The notes under the pieces: generated by a model
The model's input: the letters and a program-made list of their open reading frames with translations, nothing else
The model's database searches: none
What the model was told of the DNA's origin: nothing
Part shown: one piece after another, positions 35,542 through 42,694 of the stretch
Layout of the letters: the number at the start of each line of letters is the position of its first letter
Numbering within the stretch: position 1 is the first letter of the stretch
Program-made: the position numbers and the translations under genes
Source of the DNA: Actinomycetota bacterium
GTDB lineage: Bacteria > Actinomycetota > Acidimicrobiia > Acidimicrobiales > UBA8592
Reading direction: 5' to 3'
DNA length: 45,558 nucleotides
Assembly (NCBI GenBank): GCA_039029775.1
Contig: JBCCFK010000001.1
Location: 1 to 45,558, forward strand

Positions 35542-36914
35542 GCCCGGATCTCCTCTGGTGTCTCGACCGGCGGCCCGTACGGCGCCTCGAGGTCGTGCTC
35601 ACCCGCCGCCCAGCGGCGCGACATCGAACGGATCACCGCCACCGCGGCAGCCGTCATGCCGGCGTAGACCACGACGAGGATGCCGAGAGTCACCCAGATG
35701 TAGCCGGCGTCGGTGACCGCGTCCTCGGTCCGCAGCAGGCCGTGCACGATCCACGGCTGACGGCCCACTTCAGTCGTGACCCACCCCGCCTCCATGGCCA
35801 CGACCGCGGCGGGCCCGGCCACGACGAGCGCGCGCAGCATCCACGTGGAGGCCAACGGTTCGTCGCTGCGACGCCACCGCCAGCCCGCCCAGGCGATGAG
35901 GGCGACCAGCGCGGTGCCGATGAAGACCATCAGCTGGAAGGCGGCGTGGACGATCGCCACCGGCGGTTGGTCGTCCTCGGGGACGGTGTCGAGGCCGAGC
36001 AACGTGCCGTCGAAGTCGTTGGTCGACAGGAACGAGAGCAGGCCGTCGATCGGGATCTCGATGGCACCGACCAGCTCCTCCCCGTTCCACCATCCGCCGA
36101 GCTCGAGGTTCGCCGACTCCGTGGTGGTGGCCAGGCCCTCCATCGCCGCGAGCTTGATCGGCTGTTCGTCCGCCAGCCGTTGCCCCGCGAAGTGACCGAC
36201 CAGCGGCTGGATCGGGGTGGCGACGGCGGCGAACACGAGCGGGATCACGATCCCCAGGCGATGGATCCGCTCGCGACGACCCCGCAGCCAGCCGGCTGCG
36301 TAGACCGATGCCACGCAGAAGCCGACGACCATCACCGCGGCCAGGTACATGTGGAGGAACTGGAGCCAGACGGCGGAGTTGAAGATCGCGGCGATGGGGT
36401 CGACGTCGACGACCTCGCCGTTCACGATCTCGAATCCGGTGGGCGCGTTCATCCAGGCGTTCACCGACACCACGAGGAAGGAGCCGGTGACCCCGGCGGC
36501 CATGATCGGGATCAGCATCAGCGAGTGGACGCGCCCCGGGAGGCGGCCCCAGCCGTAGACGTAGATGCCCAGGAAGATCGCCTCGAGGAAGAACGAGATG
36601 CCCTCGAGCGTGAAGGCCAGCCCGATGACGTCGCCGTACTGCTCCATCAGTCCCGGCCACAGCAGACCGAGCTCGAACGACAGGATCGTGCCGGACACGG
36701 CGCCGATCGCGAAGAGCACGGCCGCCACCTTCGACCACCGCTTCGCCAGCTCCAGCGCGACGTCGTCGCCGGCGAGTCCCTTGCGGTGGAGGACGTAGAT
36801 CATCGCCGGGAAGGTCATGCCGAAGCAGGCGAGGATGATGTGCCAGCCCAGCGACAGCGCCATCTGGTTCCGAGCGGGGAGGAGCGCATCGGACGAGGCG
36901 AGCACGGTGAGCAC
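35538..36914 (-). CDS. cydA: Cytochrome bd ubiquinol/menaquinol oxidase subunit I
   Basis: ORF 35538..36914: ...ARNQMALSLGWHIILACFGMTFP...GTILSFELGLLWPG...FTLEGISFFLEAIFLGIYVYGW...GWVTTEVGRQPW. Confidence 0.95.
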   Translation of the reverse strand: MLTVLASSDALLPARNQMALSLGWHIILACFGMTFPAMIYVLHRKGLAGDDVALELAKRWSKVAAVLFAIGAVSGTILSFELGLLWPGLMEQYGDVIGLAFTLEGISFFLEAIFLGIYVYGWGRLPGRVHSLMLIPIMAAGVTGSFLVVSVNAWMNAPTGFEIVNGEVVDVDPIAAIFNSAVWLQFLHMYLAAVMVVGFCVASVYAAGWLRGRRERIHRLGIVIPLVFAAVATPIQPLVGHFAGQRLADEQPIKLAAMEGLATTTESANLELGGWWNGEELVGAIEIPIDGLLSFLSTNDFDGTLLGLDTVPEDDQPPVAIVHAAFQLMVFIGTALVALIAWAGWRWRRSDEPLASTWMLRALVVAGPAAVVAMEAGWVTTEVGRQPWIVHGLLRTEDAVTDAGYIWVTLGILVVVYAGMTAAAVAVIRSMSRRWAAGEHDLEAPYGPPVETPEEIRA

Positions 36915-36950
36915 GAGTTCAGTCTCGCGGTTCCCGGACCGTTGCGCGAA

Positions 36951-37865
36951 CTAGTCGGAGGTGTCTGCCGTCACCTCGGCTCGACTCCGTGAGGTGATCC
37001 ATGCCCCGCCCAACACGACCACGGTGCCGACCACGGCCCAGCCGCTCAGCGACTCGTCGCGGAAGACCACACCGAGGACCGCAGCGACGATCGGAATGAG
37101 ATAGGTGACGATCGACATGCGGACCGCGCCCACGCGCCCGCCCAACGTCGCCGCGGCGATGTAGGCGAGCCCGGTCCCGCCCGCGCCGAGCACGGCACAC
37201 GCGATCAACGCCCCCCAGTCGAACGACGAGTCGATCAGGTCGATGAGGCCGAAGGGGGCGGTGAACAGGGCCGCCCAGGCCAAGGCCGTGCGCAGGACCG
37301 GGAGCGAGCCGTACTTCTGCGTCAGCGGCGTGTTCATGTTGGCCGCCACGCCGTAGGACGTGACCGCCAGCAGCACGAGACCGACACCGAGGGCGTTGGT
37401 GTCGCCGGTGGTCGCCGTGGGGATGCCGATGCAGAGAATGCCGACCACGCCGACCAGCACACCGATGGCCTGCCGGCGGACGATGGTGGCCCCGAAGACC
37501 GCGACGCCGACGACCAGCGTCATGATCGGCATCGCCGAGTTCAACATGCCGGTGACCGACGAGTCGATCCACTGCTGCGCGAGCGGGAACATCGTGAAGG
37601 GCAACGCCATCCAGACGAAGCCGAGGCCCACCACCGTCGGACGATCGGCGGCGTGGATCGGTCGTCGGGACGACGGGATCGCAGCGAGCGTGATGGCCCC
37701 GAACGAGGCGCGCAGCCACGTGACCAGCCCCGGCTCGAAGTCGTCGAGGGCGATGTCCATCAGCAGGAAGCTGGATCCCCAGATGCCGGCAGCCAGCGTG
37801 AGGAGCGCCCAGTCGAGCGGCTCGAACGATCGGGCCTCGGCGGAGGCGGTCGCGCTGGCGGTCAC
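36951..37865 (-). CDS. EamA/DMT superfamily transporter
   Basis: ORF 36951..37865 with ten hydrophobic segments: ...LLTLAAGIWGSSFLLMDIAL... and a second EamA-like half. Confidence 0.85.
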   Translation of the reverse strand: MTASATASAEARSFEPLDWALLTLAAGIWGSSFLLMDIALDDFEPGLVTWLRASFGAITLAAIPSSRRPIHAADRPTVVGLGFVWMALPFTMFPLAQQWIDSSVTGMLNSAMPIMTLVVGVAVFGATIVRRQAIGVLVGVVGILCIGIPTATTGDTNALGVGLVLLAVTSYGVAANMNTPLTQKYGSLPVLRTALAWAALFTAPFGLIDLIDSSFDWGALIACAVLGAGGTGLAYIAAATLGGRVGAVRMSIVTYLIPIVAAVLGVVFRDESLSGWAVVGTVVVLGGAWITSRSRAEVTADTSD

Positions 37866-37988
37866 TGCCGCCCACCCGGTGTGGCCATGGGCGCCACGCT
37901 AACGGCGCCCGTCGCGGATCCCTGGCGGAATTCGGACCGTCACCCCGCCGAACGGGACGGCCAAGCACGGCGGTGGCAAGCTGCGGGC

Positions 37989-38816
37989 ATGACCACTGCG
38001 CCCGAGACCGATACCGACCCCGTGCTCTCGTCGTCACCGGAGCCCGGCATCACCCTCCTCACCCTCAACCGGCCCGATCAGCTCAACGCCATGACGTACG
38101 AGTTGGTCGAGCGCCTCCACGAGCGGCTCGACGAGGTCGATCGGGACCACGGGTGCCGAGCGGTCGTTCTCACCGGTGCCGGCCGCGGGTTCTGTGCCGG
38201 CCTCGACCTCAACGGTTTCGGGGTGGTTCCCGGCAACGAGGAGTTCGGCCGGCCACAGGCCGGGATGGCGACCCAACAGATCATCGCCGACCTCGTGCCA
38301 CGGATGCGCGACGTCCGGCAGCCGATCATCGCCGCGGTGAACGGTGCCGCCGCAGGCGGTGGGTTCGCGCTCACGCTCGCGAGCGACGTCAGGGTCGCGT
38401 CGACGTCGGCCAAGTTCGCGACGGCGTTCGTTCGGCTCGGCCTCTCGGGGTGCGACATCGGCGTGTCCTGGATGCTCCCTCGCCTGATCGGCTCGGGTCG
38501 GGCGTGGGAGCTCCTGCTGACGGGCCGCGTCTTCGACGCCGCGGAGGCCGATGACCTGGGTCTGCTGACGCGGGTCGTCGAACCCGACGACCTGCTGGAC
38601 ACGGCACTGCACTTCGCGGGGCTGATCGCCGGCAACTCGCCGTTCGGGGTCTGGATGACCAAGGAGGTCATGTGGTCGAACCTCGAGATCCCGTCGCTGC
38701 GCGCCGGCATCGACCTCGAGAACCGGACCCAGATCATGGCCAGCGGCACCGAAGACAGTCGTGCCGCGATGGGCGGCTTCCTGCGCGGCGAGACCCCCGA
38801 CTGGCAGAACCGCTGA
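37989..38816 (+). CDS. Enoyl-CoA hydratase/isomerase (crotonase) family protein
   Basis: Part of ORF 37653..38816 from the ATG at 37989: ...ITLLTLNRPDQLNAM...VVLTGAGRGFCAGLDL...PIIAAVNGAAAGGGFALTLASDVRV. Confidence 0.9.
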   Translation: MTTAPETDTDPVLSSSPEPGITLLTLNRPDQLNAMTYELVERLHERLDEVDRDHGCRAVVLTGAGRGFCAGLDLNGFGVVPGNEEFGRPQAGMATQQIIADLVPRMRDVRQPIIAAVNGAAAGGGFALTLASDVRVASTSAKFATAFVRLGLSGCDIGVSWMLPRLIGSGRAWELLLTGRVFDAAEADDLGLLTRVVEPDDLLDTALHFAGLIAGNSPFGVWMTKEVMWSNLEIPSLRAGIDLENRTQIMASGTEDSRAAMGGFLRGETPDWQNR

Positions 38817-38819
38817 GGG

Positions 38820-39338
38820 TCACCTGCTCAGCAGCTCGACACACCGCTCGGCGGCCGTGGCGGCGCGCTCGTTCAACACATCGGTGGTCGCCGAGCTGAT
38901 CGGGTGCGGGATCACCACGAACGGGTAGTCCTCGGCGCCGAGCGTGCGAGCCATCAGCTCGGCCGCGCTGACGAAGGCCTCGGTCATGATGCCGACCGAC
39001 GGCAGGCCGAGGCGCTCACCCGAGACGGCGTCGTGCAGACTGCACGACGAGCAGCTGCCTCAATCGCCGACACCCGCCACCAGGGCGTTCCACCTCTTGG
39101 CCCGGTCGAGGATGTCGTCGCCGGCGGGGGCGCTGTAGTTGGGCTTGGTGACCCGCTCGACCTCGGCGACACCTCGAGCGCGCAGCTCGGTCTCCAGCGC
39201 ATCGAAGAACGGGCGGGTGCCCTGCTTGCCGTTGGAGATGATGCCGACCGTGATGCCCGAGAGGTCCGGCAGGCGGTCGGCCAGCTTTGTGACCTCGGCT
39301 TCCTCTTCGTGGGTGGGGTTCAGGACCTCGAGGCTCAT
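38820..39338 (-). CDS. Candidate selenoprotein of the UGSC type (172 aa, with the in-frame TGA at 39060-39062 read as Sec)
   Basis: The ORF track stops ORF 39060..39338 at a TGA. My translation of the same frame continues for 79 codons (GSCSSCSLHDAVSGERLGLPSVGIMTEAFVSAAELMARTLGAEDYPFVVIPHPISSATTDVLNERAATAAERCVELLSR) to the TGA at 38820-38822, and 74 of the 79 codons end in G/C. The context is VAGVGD-U-GSCSSC. No independent start or RBS exists for the downstream part. A hairpin follows the TGA. The ATG at 39338 lies 1 nt after the upstream stop. Confidence 0.7.
39029..39049 (-). promoter_or_regulatory. Candidate bacterial SECIS hairpin
   Basis: On the mRNA strand: UGA + 10 nt + CGUCGUGC-AGUCU-GCACGACG. 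This is an 8-bp perfect stem with a 5-nt apical loop that has G at loop position 2. The loop starts 18 nt after the UGA, within the range reported for bacterial SECIS elements. Confidence 0.5.
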
Positions 39339-39339
39339 C

Positions 39340-40398
39340 TCAGGGCACCTCGCAGTCCACGCAGGCGCCGATGCCGACGGTGACGGCCCGGCTCTTGTGG
39401 CCCAGCCACGGGGGGATCACCATGCCGAAGCCGCCCGCCGGACCGCCGGCTGCGATCACCAGGACGTGATCGGGGTCCGGGAGCGCCGCGTACTCCCGGT
39501 CGCCCTTGTCCTGGACCACTGCGCCCTTGCCGACGTCGGCCCACTCGCGGCGGCGGATCCGGGCATTGTCGAACACGTACCGGCGGATGTCCGCCTTGGA
39601 CCAGCCGGCGGCCACGAAGTGGGTCCGCAGCTGCGGCGGGATCACGAGTGCGTAGTTGCCCGGCCAGATCGAGTAGTGGCGCATGTTGGCCTTGATCTCC
39701 GCGCAGTACGTGTCGAGGATCTGCTCGGGGTCGGTGGTCCACTCGTTCATGATCTGGCGGGGCGACATCGCGGCCATCACCGTCACCGCCGACACGTGGG
39801 GATCGCCGAGTCGTTCGCCGGCGAGGGACGGCCATGGCGAGTTGTCCTCGTCCTCGACGATGCAGAAGCTGACCTTGCCCGGGTGCCCGAACGTCGAGCG
39901 ATCGATGTCGCCTGGACGGACGTCCATGAGGTTGATGAGGACCAGGCGGACCGCCCGCCCGACGGCCGTGCTCGCCCGGTCGCTCGGTCCGACGGCGTTG
40001 AAGGTGCCGTCCATCCCGAGCTCGTTGCGGATCGGGCCGTTCACCACGACGAGGACAGCCGACCCGCCGGTGCTGGCGGTGGCGCCGTGGCACAGGAATG
40101 GTTCCTGCAGCATCGCCGTCACCGCGGTGACCACGACCGGGAAGTGCTGGGGCAGGCATCCGGCCATCACCGCGTTGATCGCCACCTTCTCGGCGGTGAT
40201 GCGTCGGGGTCGGACCGGCTCGATGCCCACCAGGTGATCCGCGGTCAGACCGGCCCAGTCGAGGCACGCCTGCACCGCCTCAGCGGTTGGTGGCACGACC
40301 GGCAGTCCATCGGTCCAGCCTCGGTTGTGGAACAGCTCCTGGGCCGCGTGGATGTCGTCGACCGCGATCGACTCCGAGCCGAGCGTCACGTTGATCAC
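39340..40398 (-). CDS. Conserved hypothetical protein (352 aa), partner of the candidate selenoprotein
   Basis: C-terminal part of ORF 39340..41154 from the GTG at 40398, which forms a GTGA overlap with the LLM stop: VINVTLGSESIAVDDIHAAQELFHNRGWTDGLPVVPPT...MAGCLPQHFP...FLCHGATASTGG...GIGACVDCEVP. It has strong GC3 and is soluble. I cannot assign a family by eye. Confidence 0.75.
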   Translation of the reverse strand: MINVTLGSESIAVDDIHAAQELFHNRGWTDGLPVVPPTAEAVQACLDWAGLTADHLVGIEPVRPRRITAEKVAINAVMAGCLPQHFPVVVTAVTAMLQEPFLCHGATASTGGSAVLVVVNGPIRNELGMDGTFNAVGPSDRASTAVGRAVRLVLINLMDVRPGDIDRSTFGHPGKVSFCIVEDEDNSPWPSLAGERLGDPHVSAVTVMAAMSPRQIMNEWTTDPEQILDTYCAEIKANMRHYSIWPGNYALVIPPQLRTHFVAAGWSKADIRRYVFDNARIRRREWADVGKGAVVQDKGDREYAALPDPDHVLVIAAGGPAGGFGMVIPPWLGHKSRAVTVGIGACVDCEVP

Positions 40399-41252
40399 GC
40401 CATCCCGGTGGTCTTGCGGAGGGCGTCGATCCGGCCGTCGAGGCTCTCGAGGCTGCCGGCGAACAGCGGCAGGATCAGTTGAGCCACGCCGGCGGCGGCG
40501 TAGGCCTCGACCATGTCCCGGTCGACACCCGACCGGTTGGGGCTGATGTAGACGTCGATCTCGTCCCGGCTGCGACCGGCGGCCTCCAGGTGGGTGTCGA
40601 GGCGCAGGAGATGGCTCTCGACCTCGTCGGGGCCCACGCCGTAGCCGTACCAGCCCGTGGCGAAGGTGGCGACGCGGCGGAGGGCCGGCTCGCTCTCGCC
40701 GCCGACGAACACCGGCACGGGTGATTGCACCGGCTTGGGGTTGAACTGCGCGTTGCGGATGGAGACGGTCTGACCCTCGAACGTCACCGGATCGGGTCCC
40801 CAGAGGGCTTTCATCGCCGCCATGTACTCCGTCGTGTCCCTCGCCCGGCGCTTGAAGTCCATGCCCAGGGCGTCGAACTCCTCCTCGAGCCATCCGATGC
40901 CGATACCGAAGTCGACCCGTCCGTTCGAGAGGTAGTCCAGGTCGGCGACCATCTTGGCGGTGTACACGGGTTGGCGCTGTGGCACGAGGCAGATGCCGGT
41001 GCCGAGCCGGAGCCTCGTCGTGTTCGCGGCGACGAAGGTGAGTGCGGTGAACGGATCCAGCACACCGTCGGGGTCCCCCGGCACCTTCCCGTCCTTCGAG
41101 TAGGGATACGACGACTCGTACTCGGGGAAGAACAGCACGTGTTCGGGAACCCACACCGTCGCGAACCCCGCGGCCTCGATGCGCTGGGCCGCCCCGACGA
41201 TGTAGTCGATGGGCGTGTGGTGGCTGAATGCGGTCGTGATCCCGATGTCCAT
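40395..41252 (-). CDS. LLM-class (luciferase-like) probable F420-dependent oxidoreductase
   Basis: ORF 40395..41252: MDIGITTAFSHHTPIDY...GFATVWVPEHVLF...RLRLGTGICLVPQRQPVYTAKMVADLDYLSNGRVDFGIGIGW...VPVFVGGES. Confidence 0.88.
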   Translation of the reverse strand: MDIGITTAFSHHTPIDYIVGAAQRIEAAGFATVWVPEHVLFFPEYESSYPYSKDGKVPGDPDGVLDPFTALTFVAANTTRLRLGTGICLVPQRQPVYTAKMVADLDYLSNGRVDFGIGIGWLEEEFDALGMDFKRRARDTTEYMAAMKALWGPDPVTFEGQTVSIRNAQFNPKPVQSPVPVFVGGESEPALRRVATFATGWYGYGVGPDEVESHLLRLDTHLEAAGRSRDEIDVYISPNRSGVDRDMVEAYAAAGVAQLILPLFAGSLESLDGRIDALRKTTGMA

Positions 41253-41298
41253 GGCCGTGGACGCTAGACCGTCGGGGCCCGTCGGGCGGCGAGGAAGC

Positions 41299-41844
41299 TC
41301 AGACGTCCTCGGTCCACAGCGCCCGCATGTCGTCGCGGCTCATCCGTTCGATGCCGCTCGCGTAGTTGAGGGCGTTGCGGTGGTAGAAGCGTGCGTTCCA
41401 GGCGTTGTTCTCGCTGTTGTCCCGCTCGCCCACCTGCTTGGCCGGGACGCCGGCGATGATCGAGTTCGCCGGGAACTCGTGGCCTTCGGAGACGATGGCG
41501 TGGCCGGCGACGATCGAGTTGTCCCCGATGACCGAGCCGTCCATGAGGGTGGCGTTGATGCCGATGAGACACCGGTCGCCGATCTCACAACCGTGGAGCG
41601 TGACGTGGTGTGTGACCGAGCAGAGCTCGCCGACCACGGTGGGGGTACGCCCGCCGACGTGCACCATCACGAAGTCCTGGATGTTCGACTTCGCGCCGAT
41701 CCGGATCTCGTGCAGCTCCGCGCGCATGACCACGTAGGGCCAGACCGACGCGCCCGGCCCGATGTGGACCTTGCCGTGGATGAGCGCGGTCTCGTGGATG
41801 AACGCCGGGTCCTCGAGCGTGACCTCGGCTCCGATGTGGCCCAT
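41299..41844 (-). CDS. Gamma carbonic anhydrase-like / left-handed beta-helix (hexapeptide repeat) protein
   Basis: ORF 41299..41844: ...AFIHETALIHGKVHIGPGASVWPYVVMRAELHEIRIGAKSNIQDFVMVHV...VTLHGCEIGDRCLIGINATLMDGSVIGDNSIVAGHAIV. Confidence 0.85.
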   Translation of the reverse strand: MGHIGAEVTLEDPAFIHETALIHGKVHIGPGASVWPYVVMRAELHEIRIGAKSNIQDFVMVHVGGRTPTVVGELCSVTHHVTLHGCEIGDRCLIGINATLMDGSVIGDNSIVAGHAIVSEGHEFPANSIIAGVPAKQVGERDNSENNAWNARFYHRNALNYASGIERMSRDDMRALWTEDV

Positions 41845-41866
41845 GGATCTCCCTGTGGTCGACCTG

Positions 41867-41887
41867 CCGCGGTCCCAGAGACCGCGG
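41867..41887. promoter_or_regulatory. Inverted repeat CCGCGGTC-ccaga-GACCGCGG in the divergent spacer between the LbH gene and the TetR gene
   Basis: Perfect 8-bp arms, located 23 nt upstream of the LbH ATG (41844). It is followed by an AT-richer stretch (acaaacaaacatttgcagatgtatgtaagt, about 41990-42019). Confidence 0.4.
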
Positions 41888-42037
41888 CGGGTTTCGGCCG
41901 GTCGGCAGATGGTAATCGGCGGTGTCGTCGGGGAGACCCGGCCCGCCGCGACGTTTCAGGTGGTGCCAGGCACGAATCGAAACGCTCCGACAAACAAACA
42001 TTTGCAGATGTATGTAAGTGGGTGCCACGATGCTTCC

Positions 42038-42601
42038 GTGGCAACGCGGCGCACGCAGGCAGAACGGTCGGCTTCGACCCAGCACGCGCTGATCGAAGCG
42101 GCGATCGAGTCGCTCGTCGAGCGCGGCTGGGCCGCAACCACGGCGGTCGAGGTCTGCCAGCGCGCCGGCGTCACCCGAGGCGCCCTCATGCACCACGTCC
42201 CCGACCTCTCGAGCCTGCTCGCCCGAGCGCTCGAGACGGTGTACCAGGGGATCCGGGTCGAGCCGCCCGACACCCTCGTCGGCTTCGTCGACACCGTCGA
42301 GGAAGCGGTCACCAACCCGCGCTTCGTCGCCGTCATCGAGGCGTGGATGGCCGCCGGCAACGACCCCGAGCTGGCGCAGGAGATCGGTCCGGCGATCTCC
42401 CGATTCGCCAAGCTGATCGACCCCAGCGAGCGACTCGGCGACCTCGGCGTCGACGCCGTCACCTTCTGCTACACCGCACGCGAGACCGCCATCGGCCTCG
42501 CCCTCGGCCGCGCCGTCACCGGCGACGCCGTCGGCCACGAAGAGCTCGTGTTCGACGACCTCCGCGCCCGCGCCACCGAGCTCGACCGAACCCGATCCTG
42601 A
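42038..42601 (+). CDS. TetR/AcrR family transcriptional regulator
   Basis: Part of ORF 41762..42601. HTH region: STQHALIEAAIESLVERGWAATTAVEVCQRAGVTRGALMHHVPDLSSL. The start is GTG 42038 or ATG 42008. Confidence 0.85.
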   Translation: MATRRTQAERSASTQHALIEAAIESLVERGWAATTAVEVCQRAGVTRGALMHHVPDLSSLLARALETVYQGIRVEPPDTLVGFVDTVEEAVTNPRFVAVIEAWMAAGNDPELAQEIGPAISRFAKLIDPSERLGDLGVDAVTFCYTARETAIGLALGRAVTGDAVGHEELVFDDLRARATELDRTRS

Positions 42602-42694
42602 TCAGCCCGATCCATCCCGTCCCGAGAGGCGTCCGCCACGACCCCGAACTCGACCACGACGCCGACGAGTGACCGGGTAGTAGCTTTCCCGGCC

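Noticed and set aside
34522-36914. cydAB as a possible novelty (no cydDC or cydX adjacent, EamA gene directly upstream)
   Set aside because: cydAB is a standard respiratory operon. The cydDC genes are often encoded elsewhere, and the window does not allow their absence from the genome to be concluded.
39060-39338. Taking the TGA at 39060-39062 as a genuine stop, giving a 92-aa protein
   Set aside because: It would leave 240 bp of perfectly in-frame, GC3-biased sequence unexplained, and it would truncate the protein exactly before a GSCSSC redox motif. Read-through as Sec, or a TGC-to-TGA pseudogene, explains the data better. The pseudogene alternative is kept open in the finding.
38904-39383. 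159-aa plus-strand ORF covering the apparent gene-free gap at 38817-39059
   Set aside because: It is antisense to the selenoprotein candidate. The translation is R/A/G-rich with no motifs. Its third codon positions do not show the GC3 bias that the minus-strand frame shows.
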